DNA from: a bacterium
Lineage (GTDB): Bacteria; SZUA-182; DTGQ01
Reading direction: 5' to 3'
Length of the DNA stretch: 53,511 nt
NCBI GenBank assembly: GCA_040752695.1
Contig: JBFMGO010000030.1
Span: 1-53,511, forward strand
Shown here one piece after another: positions 29,072-37,951 of this stretch (position 1 is the stretch's first letter; every line of letters begins with the position of its first letter). Made by a program: the position numbers and the translations under genes. The notes beneath the pieces were generated by a model that was not told where the DNA came from, did no database searches, and saw only the letters and a program-made list of their open reading frames with translations.

Positions 29072-29236
29072 TAAAAACCGGACCATTATTCTCCTTAAAA
29101 AACTTTACCTGAAATACATTATTATTATAGTTGTTATTTAAGATATGCGCCCCCGATTTTGTCGGTGACAGGATAGATGCTACAGGTGCGCCAACTCGCC
29201 GACGCCTCTAAGGTTATCTGACCAGGTTATACTTTG

Positions 29237-29265
29237 TTGACAAACAGTTGATTTAATGTTACTCT
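29237..29265 (+). promoter_or_regulatory. sigma70 promoter for the GT-C-like/GT2 pair
   Basis: TTGACA-17 nt-TACTCT with extended -10 TG. Confidence 0.6.
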
Positions 29266-29358
29266 AGCCACGATATCTGACACTGCTATCATGTTATTAT
29301 TCCACTATTACTACACTTTTTGCCCATGGCTTTACTTTAAAAAAGGAACCCAACGGCC

Positions 29359-31458
29359 ATGCCATTGAAAGAAAAAACTAAAAAATTCATCCTGAACAAT
29401 TACGGGAAATTTTCTATACTTCATCTCGCCCACGAATACGGTTGCCCTATCCGTGAAGTCGAAGACTACGTTTTAGAGGAATTGGAGCCTAAGACTATAC
29501 TTGGAGAAAAGAATACACGGTTGGCTGAAATAGAGAACAAACCCGAATTTAAAAAATTTCTGCCAGTCGATAAAGCCCTCGTTATCGGCCTGTTTATCTG
29601 CCTTCTAACCCTTGCACTCGCTCTTAATATTTCGCAAATGTCTAATAATGACATCTGGATGCACTTGAAAAACGGAGAGCTTATCCTTAAAGGCCGCCAC
29701 TTTCTCTATACTGATACCTACTCATTTAGAACTATCGGCATGCCCTGGGTTAATCATGAATGGCTGGCCGGCGTTATTTATTACCTGCTTTTTCAGATTG
29801 GCGCAGTCAACGCCCTTATCTTTTTCAAAGCCTTCATGGTCATGATATTGACGGTATTCATGGTCGCTACCTGCCGGCTAACCAAAGACCGATGGTCGGT
29901 TTTATATCCTATAATAGTTTTTACTCTTTTTAATGCAGCAGTCCGCTTTTTGAGCCGTCCACACATGTTTACCGAAATGTTTGTCCCTATTTTCTTTTAC
30001 ATTCTCTTTGCCTATAAATACCGCCACAAGGATTACCTATGGTGGTTACCGGTTCTCTCACTTCTTTGGGTTAACATTCATGGGGGATTTGTAGTCGGCA
30101 TGGGAATCATTACCCTCTTTGCCTTTTTCGAAACGAGCAGGACGATCGTGAATCGACATTGGTCTTTCGTTCAAAGCGATATCCTTTCCATATCCAGGCT
30201 GAAAAAACTCTGGATCATCTGGCTGATTTCAGGCATGGTTCTTTCGATCAATCCACATGGTATCAATATTTATACCTACCCTTTCGAGCTGACCACCAAA
30301 AAAATCTTTATGTCACAAATATATGAATGGCAGCCGCCTTTCAAGAGTCAAACCTTTATGGCATCCTATGCCTTTGTTTATTTCATTATCTGGATGGCCC
30401 TATTGGGCATTTCATTCCTGCTTGATTGGAAACACTTCGACATCACGAATGCAGCACTTAGTGCACTCTTTCTTACCATGTCTCTTAAAATGCACCGGAA
30501 TATAACTACATTTGCCCTGGCCACGGCTCCGATTATGTGCCTTAATTTCGATCGGTTCATCGATTTCGTTCTTAACAAAAAGGGAATGATCAAAACAGAC
30601 ATTCTCTGTAAGGTTATCATTCTTATTATTGCTATCGGACTTACTGCCATGACCTTCCAATACGGATACTTTTATCGAAAAGGAAGTCGAAAGGCTTTCG
30701 GTCTTGGGGTCGCTTCCAACATGCCGGTAGAGGCAGTTCGATACATCAAGAAAAATCACATTAAGGGAAATTGTTTTAACCCATATACCTACGGAACTTA
30801 CATCGTTCACGAACTCTATCCCGAAACCAGAGTGGTCATGGATTCTCGCGACCTCCCATATGGAGAAAACCTTTACCTCGAACATCAGCGAGCTATGGTA
30901 AGCGTCCAAGCCTTCGATGAACTCTTCCACAAATACCATATCGATTACATTATTCTTAACTATCAACAGGATAATCTTATCGATCATTTTAAGTATCTTC
31001 AGAAAACCGGAGAATGGGTCCTGGTTTACTTCGATGACCGTAATGTTGTTTATATCAGGAACTTGCCCGAAAATCAAAAACTCATTCAAAGAGATGGATA
31101 TTTTCACCTGCATCCGGTACTCACCTTCGAAAATGAAGGAATTCAATCTCAGGATATCCCAGCCTTTATTAAAGAATGTAACCGGAGCATTAAAAATAAT
31201 TCCAAACTCATCTTTCCCAGACTTATTCTCCAGAATATTTACCTGGCCACTGGAGAATTTCAAAAAGCTGTCGATGATGGAAAGGAACTCATAAATCTTG
31301 AACCGCAAAACCCCCGCTGGTATATGCTCCTCGGAGAAACCTACCGGCGAATGGGAGATAGAAAACAGGCTAGGGAGCTGTACCTGAAAGCTGCCGAAAT
31401 TAACCCTGAATCCAGGCCCGCGATCATGAAAAAACTGAATCAGCTTTCTCAAGATTAG
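29359..31458 (+). CDS. Polytopic membrane protein with C-terminal TPR; putative GT-C-fold glycosyltransferase
   Basis: DIWMHLKNGELI...DTYS...WVNHEWL loop after TM1, RPHMFT, LWVNIHGGF, INPHG, EWQP, about 10 or more TM segments, TPR-like C-terminus. Confidence 0.65.
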   Translation: MPLKEKTKKFILNNYGKFSILHLAHEYGCPIREVEDYVLEELEPKTILGEKNTRLAEIENKPEFKKFLPVDKALVIGLFICLLTLALALNISQMSNNDIWMHLKNGELILKGRHFLYTDTYSFRTIGMPWVNHEWLAGVIYYLLFQIGAVNALIFFKAFMVMILTVFMVATCRLTKDRWSVLYPIIVFTLFNAAVRFLSRPHMFTEMFVPIFFYILFAYKYRHKDYLWWLPVLSLLWVNIHGGFVVGMGIITLFAFFETSRTIVNRHWSFVQSDILSISRLKKLWIIWLISGMVLSINPHGINIYTYPFELTTKKIFMSQIYEWQPPFKSQTFMASYAFVYFIIWMALLGISFLLDWKHFDITNAALSALFLTMSLKMHRNITTFALATAPIMCLNFDRFIDFVLNKKGMIKTDILCKVIILIIAIGLTAMTFQYGYFYRKGSRKAFGLGVASNMPVEAVRYIKKNHIKGNCFNPYTYGTYIVHELYPETRVVMDSRDLPYGENLYLEHQRAMVSVQAFDELFHKYHIDYIILNYQQDNLIDHFKYLQKTGEWVLVYFDDRNVVYIRNLPENQKLIQRDGYFHLHPVLTFENEGIQSQDIPAFIKECNRSIKNNSKLIFPRLILQNIYLATGEFQKAVDDGKELINLEPQNPRWYMLLGETYRRMGDRKQARELYLKAAEINPESRPAIMKKLNQLSQD

Positions 31459-31511
31459 TTCAAGGAAACAAAAAAATTTAACTTAAGACCTTAGGCCAAA
31501 ATACATTAATC

Positions 31512-32483
31512 ATGGATAAATCTGAATATCAAAAACCTTATCTTTCGATTATTATTCCTGCTTACAATGAAGAACAAAATGTGTATCCACTTTTTCAGGA
31601 AATAACCCTGGCCCTTCATTCCTATTCTCGACCCTACGAGATCATATTCGTGGATGATGGGAGCACTGACCGCACTTGTCAGGTACTCAAAAGCATCTGT
31701 CAGGAAGATTCTCATGTAAAGAGCATTATCTTTCGCAGTAATTTCGGGCAGACCGCTGCCCTGAGCGCCGGATTCGATATAGCCAGAGGTGAGGTGATCG
31801 TATCAATGGATGGCGACAGGCAGAACGATCCTGCCGACATCCTTATGCTTGTGGATATGGTAGAAAATCAAGACTACGATGTTGTCTGTGGCTGGCGAAG
31901 GAAACGGAAAGATGCCTTTCTCATGAGAAAGCTCCCATCTCTTATCGCCAATCGGCTTATTGCGTTTGTGACCAGGGTATTTGTCCACGATTATGGCTGT
32001 ACCTTGAAAGTATATAAAAGAGAAATTATTAAAAATATCAGATTATACGGTGAAATGCACCGCTTTATCCCAGCCTATGCATCCTGGTTAGGAGCAAGGG
32101 TCACAGAAGCTGAAGTCAATCACCGCCCGCGCACCGCTGGAACCTCCAAATATAGTATTCTACGAATTACAAAAGTTATTCTCGATCTGATTACAGTAAA
32201 ATTCCTCTGTGATTATTCGACCAGCCCTATTTACTTTTTCGGAACCTTTGGTATGATCCTGGCTGGATCAGGATTCCTGACTGGTCTCGTGACTCTGATC
32301 GAGAAGTATTATCAAGGGATCTGGGTACACAAAAATCCCCTTATTTTGCTGGCTATTCTTTTATGTATTCTTGGCGTGCAATTTATAATGATTGGGCTCT
32401 TAGCCGAAATTTTAATTCGCACATACCATGAATCGCAGGATAAAAAGACCTATATCGTAAAAGAAATTGTCAATCGTTCTTGA
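31512..32483 (+). CDS. GT2 polyprenol-phosphate glycosyltransferase (DPM synthase/ArnC-like) with two C-terminal TMs
   Basis: IIIPAYNEE, VDDGSTD, NFGQTAA, MDGDRQNDP, HDYGCTLK, GEMHRFIP. Confidence 0.93.
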   Translation: MDKSEYQKPYLSIIIPAYNEEQNVYPLFQEITLALHSYSRPYEIIFVDDGSTDRTCQVLKSICQEDSHVKSIIFRSNFGQTAALSAGFDIARGEVIVSMDGDRQNDPADILMLVDMVENQDYDVVCGWRRKRKDAFLMRKLPSLIANRLIAFVTRVFVHDYGCTLKVYKREIIKNIRLYGEMHRFIPAYASWLGARVTEAEVNHRPRTAGTSKYSILRITKVILDLITVKFLCDYSTSPIYFFGTFGMILAGSGFLTGLVTLIEKYYQGIWVHKNPLILLAILLCILGVQFIMIGLLAEILIRTYHESQDKKTYIVKEIVNRS

Positions 32484-32615
32484 CTGATTCATCAGCGGTC
32501 TGATTATCAAAAGAGGGGAGTGGGCCCTTCTCCCTCTCTTATTTATGAGGGAAAAGGGTCCACGGAAATGAAAGCAGTAAAATAAATCAATTCAAAACTG
32601 TTAAACTCTTAGTTA

Positions 32616-33830
32616 TCAATCCAGGCAATTTGTTGTACCCAGATATTTTCTGAACAGGCAAAGTGCATCAGATGGAGTGACTAAACCATCTTTATTTACA
32701 TCTGCGCAGGGAGAGCAGGCACCAGATCCCAGGTAGCACTTGAAAGCAGCCAGCGCATCTGCGGGAGTGATAAGCTTATCTCCATTAAGATCACCGTTAC
32801 ATAAACCTTCATCAACTTCGCCATCACAATCATTGTCCAGGCCATCGGAGAGCTCATCTGCTCCCGGATATATCTGTGCATTCAAGTCATTGCAGTCTTT
32901 ATCCTCCTTGCTGTATCCTGATGGAGGAGTAAGTCTGAAAAAAAGCGAATAATCCATACTTCCGAACCCATCGTGATCTTCATCTCTATAATAGAAATTT
33001 GCAATCCTTGGCTGCGGGATAACCTTTGGCCCATAAGAGGTTGTTATTTTAGACTCCTGTGGGATATCCGCCATAAATTTTACCTCTCTGTTCACCTGGT
33101 TCTGTGCCTCATTTACATAGATTATCTCAGCTTTCTCACCGCCGTTTAGTTCAAGAGGTAATTTATTTTGATTAAAAAGATTGTTTAAATTTATACAAGC
33201 ATAATTTTCTTCAGGAAGAATGCACGAGCCTGCCCAGGCTGATAATGAATAATCATTCATTCGATTGTTCTGGCTATCGAGAATATTGACAAGAATTACC
33301 GATGAGCCGATGAGAGAATTATCACCTGCATGAAAAGACGGAAGTATCAACGTATCGTTGGTTACGATATTCCCTTCGTTCAGATATCCGGCTCCGTTCA
33401 ACTTTTCAGTTGTAACCATGTAATCCTCCCCGTAATAAGTAGGATTGTCCGGCGGAATAGAAGCCACGCCATCAGAGGTAAGTTGATAAAAATAGCTTGT
33501 GTTCTCTTCCAGCCCCTTTACCGTGAATCTGATAACCTCATTGAGCATAGACTCATGTGGTGCAGCGTGTGCTGGGGCAGGATCATTTTCTATTGTTACT
33601 CCAGCCTGCTGTATCAGGCTTCCCATACTATCATAAACCCGTAGATTAAACATTCCTTGGCCATGTTCTGATAAGCTATAAATGACGCTAAATGATTTGG
33701 TACACACATCGGTAACGTAAACCTGCTGTGACGCATGTACAGTTGCAGGATTTATATAGGGAATATTTAACCCGTTAATAATAGAAATGCTTAACAATAA
33801 TCCCAGGGATAAACAAATTTTTGCTTTCAC
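32616..33830 (-). CDS. Secreted protein: FN3-like N-domain, MopE-like metal-binding motif, C-terminal dockerin
   Basis: Signal peptide; VKGLEENTSYFYQL; DCNDLNAQIYPGADELSDGLDNDCDGEVDEG; duplicated F-hand loops GDLNGDKLITPADAL and ADVNKDGLVTPSDAL. Confidence 0.85.
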   Translation of the reverse strand: MKAKICLSLGLLLSISIINGLNIPYINPATVHASQQVYVTDVCTKSFSVIYSLSEHGQGMFNLRVYDSMGSLIQQAGVTIENDPAPAHAAPHESMLNEVIRFTVKGLEENTSYFYQLTSDGVASIPPDNPTYYGEDYMVTTEKLNGAGYLNEGNIVTNDTLILPSFHAGDNSLIGSSVILVNILDSQNNRMNDYSLSAWAGSCILPEENYACINLNNLFNQNKLPLELNGGEKAEIIYVNEAQNQVNREVKFMADIPQESKITTSYGPKVIPQPRIANFYYRDEDHDGFGSMDYSLFFRLTPPSGYSKEDKDCNDLNAQIYPGADELSDGLDNDCDGEVDEGLCNGDLNGDKLITPADALAAFKCYLGSGACSPCADVNKDGLVTPSDALCLFRKYLGTTNCLD

Positions 33831-34066
33831 AACTAAACCCCTCTCCTCATTCTTTTTTAATGGCTTTTATAACCGTATCAGAATCAGAAGTAACTAAGCT
33901 GATCTTAGCTTACTGCTCCTTCTATCCGTTTCTCTTTTTTCCACCTCTTCTTTCCTTGGGCTTGTTGTCCCTCAAAACTTATTGGCTTTCTAAGAGAAAT
34001 GTGTAGCCTTCTTTTATACCGTAAGCGCTCCCTTTGAATGGACTTCTTATACTGGTTTAATTTAGG

Positions 34067-34090
34067 AAGGCGGGGCTTACACCCCGCCTT
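34067..34090 (-). terminator. Hairpin after the two-cohesin gene (AAGGCGGGG...CCCCGCCTT)
   Basis: 9-bp GC-rich stem ~60 nt downstream of the stop. Confidence 0.65.
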
Positions 34091-34152
34091 TCCTTCTTAT
34101 AACCTCTCCATTGGGAAAGCTACTAAAAATCAGTTTAATCGAGATACCCTAA

Positions 34153-37100
34153 CTAATATAAAGGCCATATTGGCTGCTGGTAACTCCATAATGGCTGCAG
34201 CACATTATTCCAAACCGGCTGATTATTTGACCAGTTCCAATTGAACGTTGTCGGTTGTTGGTTGAGATTCCATGACTGTAGCTGGAAGTTGTACAGTTGC
34301 TGATTGAAATTTGAAAAAAGATCGCCAGATGATTGATAGGAGGTATAACTACTCCAGGGGCTTCCGCTCCAGTGTGCAGCGCCCCAGAGGTCTCCGCCAA
34401 GGTTACCGCCTAAAAATCCCGTAGAGGAGGCAATCTGCTTAACTGTTATCGTAGCTACACAGCTTGCCGGATTTCCACTCGCATCCATGCAACTGAATGA
34501 TACAACGGTATCGCCGAGACCGAATTTGGCAGGAGCATTATTCGTAACGTCTACCGAACCGCTCACGGTATCGTTGGCAGTAGCACCTTTTAAGAAAGCC
34601 TGGATTTTAGCATCACTGGCCAGTACACCATCTGCACTGTATGTTTCTACGGTAATATTAGCAGGGCAATTAATAGTCGGAGCTGTGAGATCAACGACAC
34701 TTACTGTAGCAATGCAGGTAGATGGATTTCCGGTGCTATCGACAGCACTGAATGTTACATCAGTATCACCGCCGAGACCAAACAAATCTGGAGCATTGTT
34801 CGTAACACTCGCTAAACCACTGACAGCATCGTTTGCTGTGGCACTATTCAGGAAAGCCTGAACTTCGGAATTGTTCACCGATACGCCGCTTGGTCCTTCT
34901 GCTTCTACCGTAATACCAACAGGACAGATGATAGCAGGACCCTGGGTATCGACAACACTTACAATTGCAGAGCAGCTATTCGTGTTGAAGGCCGTATCTG
35001 TAGCAGCAAAAAATACCTCTGTATTTCCGATACCGAACTGGGCAGGAGCATTATTGGTAACGCTTACCGAAACATCAACAATATCGCTCGCCGTTGCATT
35101 GTTCAGGAAAGCCTGTATTGCAGCATCCGAGCTTGATACACCATTGGGCCCTACTGCTTCCACCGTAATACCTGCAGGGCAATTGATATCAGGACGGGTT
35201 GTATCGACAACGTTTACTGTAGCTGTGCACGTAGCTGAATTTCCGGCGCTGTCCATTGCAGTAAAGGTCACTGATGTAGCACCAAGGCCAAATGAGGCAG
35301 GAGCGTCATTGGTGATACTCACTGTACCATCAATTGCATCAACGGCCGTAGCACCATTCAAGAGAGCCTGGATTGCGGCGCTGTTACCTGGCACGCCATT
35401 GGGCCCTTCTGCTTCGACCGTAATATCACCTGGACAGGTGATGTCAGGAGCGGTTTTATCAACAACGCTTACAATAGCAGTACATGTAGCTGGATTTCCA
35501 GCGCTGTCGGCTGCAGTGAAGGTAACGACCGTATCGCCAAGACCAAACATGGCAGGAGCAGTAGCGTTCACATTTACGACACCATCCACTGCATCGATAG
35601 CAACGGCTGCATTTATAAAAGCGAGAATTGCTGCTCTATCACCCGGTACACCATTTGGCCCTTCTGCTTCTATCGTGATATTTCCAGGGCAGGAAATATC
35701 GGGAGCCTTAAGATCAGCAACAGTCAATGTAGCTGTACAACTGCTGGTATTTCCTGCTGCATCCGTTGCAGTGAACGTTACATTCTGGGCACCTAAAGCG
35801 ATGACAGCAGGAGCGTCATTGATAATATCCACGACGCCAACGGTATCAATAGCCTGAACTGCATTCAAGAATGCTTGTACTGCAGAGTTGCTGCTCGATA
35901 CACCATTTGCACCCTCGGCCGCTACCGTAACATCTGCAGGACAAGTGATGACAGGAATAATGGTATCAACAACACTCACCGTAGCTGAGCATGTTGCTTT
36001 ATTTCCGGCACTGTCCATTGCATCGAAGGTTATGATGGTATCACCAAGACCACAAACGGCAGGTGCATTATTTATGACACTCACTGAACCATCGATATTA
36101 TCCACAGCAGAGGCACTATTCAGGAAAGCCTGAATATTTGCATTGCTGGTAGATGTACCATTTGCTCCCTCAGCCTCTACCGAAATACTGGCCGGACAGG
36201 TAATAATTGGAGCAACGGTATCACCGACCTCTACGATAGCTGTGCAATCTGATGTATTTCCAGCTTTATCAGTAGCGCTGAAGGCTACTGCCGTGGTTCC
36301 TATACTGAACTGCGCAGGAGCGTTGTTTATGACCGTTACCGGACCATCGTTAAGATCCGTTGCTACAGCAGAATCCAGGAAGGTCTGAATTGCAGCATTA
36401 CTGCTCGGTGTACCATTGGCATCATCCGCCATTACCGTAATATTTCCCGGGCAGGTGATGACTGGAGGATCAGTATCAGGAGCGAAAACGAGTTGTCCTC
36501 CCATAGTTGACCAGCCGAATACATCGTCAATCATGTTAACCAGGCTAAGGTCAGATATTTCACAGCTCTTAACCGTAAAAACCAGTTTAAGGATTGAGCC
36601 GCTATTTCCCAGCTCAATTTTCTGTGAACCGCCTACGGCTCCAGCCCTCAAGGTATTTGGTTTTGATGAAGGTTTACTGACATCGAGAAGCATGAATCCT
36701 TGAGTTAAATCACCCTTAGCGAAACTTTTATATTCAAGAATATTCTCATCATAGCTGATTTCAAAACCAAAGGCACTTGCAGCAGCAGGAGCGCTATCCA
36801 CTGAGATAGTAAAGGTTACTTCTTCCCCGGCGCCAACGCAACTCTGACTGTCAATGTTCATATTTGCAAGAACTACTGCGATCGTAAAGGTTTCTGAATC
36901 ACTTCTACCGGTAGAGTCCGTCGCCGTAATCGTTGCTGAATACATACCAACCTGAGCTAAGGTCGGTATCCAGACCAGGGTCGCGGTTGATGGATCGAAT
37001 GAAGAACCATCCGGTAATGATGTAGCTGAATAGATTATAGCGTCCCCATCCATATCATCGGCATGCGCCGTGAGATTAAGGGTACCCTCTGCCGTCACGG

Positions 37101-37875
37101 TTTGAGGGCCAATTGCCTGCAAGACCGGGGCATGAGGTTCCTGAACCGTAATCTGAAAGGTCTTTGAGTCGGTCCTGCCGGTACTATCCATTGCAGTAAT
37201 CGTTACAGCATAACTACCCGCCTGGCCCGGATTCGGTGTCCAGTCGAATTCTCCGCTCTGTGAGCCAAGATAGGCACCACTCGGCAAATCAGGGGATGAG
37301 TAGGTAATGGCTTCTCCGTCTTCATCCGTAGCTATGGCAGTAAAAGATATACTGTCACCAAGCCAAATAGACTGGTCACCTATGGCCTGCAAAACAGGGT
37401 TGTGCAGAATAGGTGCTGTAAGTCCTCCAGCTTGAGCTGGCCAGCCAGCCATCTCATCGACGAGATCGGTCAGCGTGATGGCAGCCGGTTCACAGCTTTT
37501 TACATTGAAAGTCAACGTTGCCATAGTCCCGTTTGCACCTTTGGCAATACCGGCACCAAGGTCCATTCCGCCAAATGTTAGAGTATTGGCACCGGCAGGG
37601 CTCAGGTCGCAGAATGTAAAAGCTGAAACAAGAGTGCCCTTTTCAAATTTAACATACTCCAGTACATTCCCATCATAATTGATCTTTAATCCAAAACTTC
37701 CTACGCTCGTAGGTGCATTAGTTACTGAAATCGTAAAGACCACTTCTCCACCGGCTGCTGTACACTGTTGACTATCTACTGTCAACCCATCCGCAGCGGA
37801 GGCCATTGGAGCATAGATGAGGGCCATTAACATTAATACCAAAAAAGCAATGCTTTTCTTGCAATTCTTACTCAT
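34153..37875 (-). CDS. Secreted scaffoldin-like protein: cohesin, 2x Ig-like (He_PIG), cohesin, 8x HYR-like, W/N/Q-rich tail
   Basis: Signal peptide (ASA); cohesins GSFGLKINYDGNVLEY...ATLTFNVK and AFGFEISYDENILEY...LKLVFTVK; LPSGA/LPDGS...WTP/WIP Ig repeats; eight D..P.I.CP..I.V units of ~85 aa. Confidence 0.85.
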   Translation of the reverse strand: MSKNCKKSIAFLVLMLMALIYAPMASAADGLTVDSQQCTAAGGEVVFTISVTNAPTSVGSFGLKINYDGNVLEYVKFEKGTLVSAFTFCDLSPAGANTLTFGGMDLGAGIAKGANGTMATLTFNVKSCEPAAITLTDLVDEMAGWPAQAGGLTAPILHNPVLQAIGDQSIWLGDSISFTAIATDEDGEAITYSSPDLPSGAYLGSQSGEFDWTPNPGQAGSYAVTITAMDSTGRTDSKTFQITVQEPHAPVLQAIGPQTVTAEGTLNLTAHADDMDGDAIIYSATSLPDGSSFDPSTATLVWIPTLAQVGMYSATITATDSTGRSDSETFTIAVVLANMNIDSQSCVGAGEEVTFTISVDSAPAAASAFGFEISYDENILEYKSFAKGDLTQGFMLLDVSKPSSKPNTLRAGAVGGSQKIELGNSGSILKLVFTVKSCEISDLSLVNMIDDVFGWSTMGGQLVFAPDTDPPVITCPGNITVMADDANGTPSSNAAIQTFLDSAVATDLNDGPVTVINNAPAQFSIGTTAVAFSATDKAGNTSDCTAIVEVGDTVAPIITCPASISVEAEGANGTSTSNANIQAFLNSASAVDNIDGSVSVINNAPAVCGLGDTIITFDAMDSAGNKATCSATVSVVDTIIPVITCPADVTVAAEGANGVSSSNSAVQAFLNAVQAIDTVGVVDIINDAPAVIALGAQNVTFTATDAAGNTSSCTATLTVADLKAPDISCPGNITIEAEGPNGVPGDRAAILAFINAAVAIDAVDGVVNVNATAPAMFGLGDTVVTFTAADSAGNPATCTAIVSVVDKTAPDITCPGDITVEAEGPNGVPGNSAAIQALLNGATAVDAIDGTVSITNDAPASFGLGATSVTFTAMDSAGNSATCTATVNVVDTTRPDINCPAGITVEAVGPNGVSSSDAAIQAFLNNATASDIVDVSVSVTNNAPAQFGIGNTEVFFAATDTAFNTNSCSAIVSVVDTQGPAIICPVGITVEAEGPSGVSVNNSEVQAFLNSATANDAVSGLASVTNNAPDLFGLGGDTDVTFSAVDSTGNPSTCIATVSVVDLTAPTINCPANITVETYSADGVLASDAKIQAFLKGATANDTVSGSVDVTNNAPAKFGLGDTVVSFSCMDASGNPASCVATITVKQIASSTGFLGGNLGGDLWGAAHWSGSPWSSYTSYQSSGDLFSNFNQQLYNFQLQSWNLNQQPTTFNWNWSNNQPVWNNVLQPLWSYQQPIWPLY
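34438..36477 (-). repeat. 8 tandem ~255-nt HYR-like coding repeats
   Basis: Each unit has ITCP...IQAFL..A.A.D..DG...NNAP..F.LG.T.V.F.A.D..GN...C. Confidence 0.9.
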
Positions 37876-37951
37876 AACGTAAACTCCCTATCTCCTAATA
37901 TCGTGAATGACCTACCTAACCCTAGAAACACTTTTTAAAAAACGATAAAGG

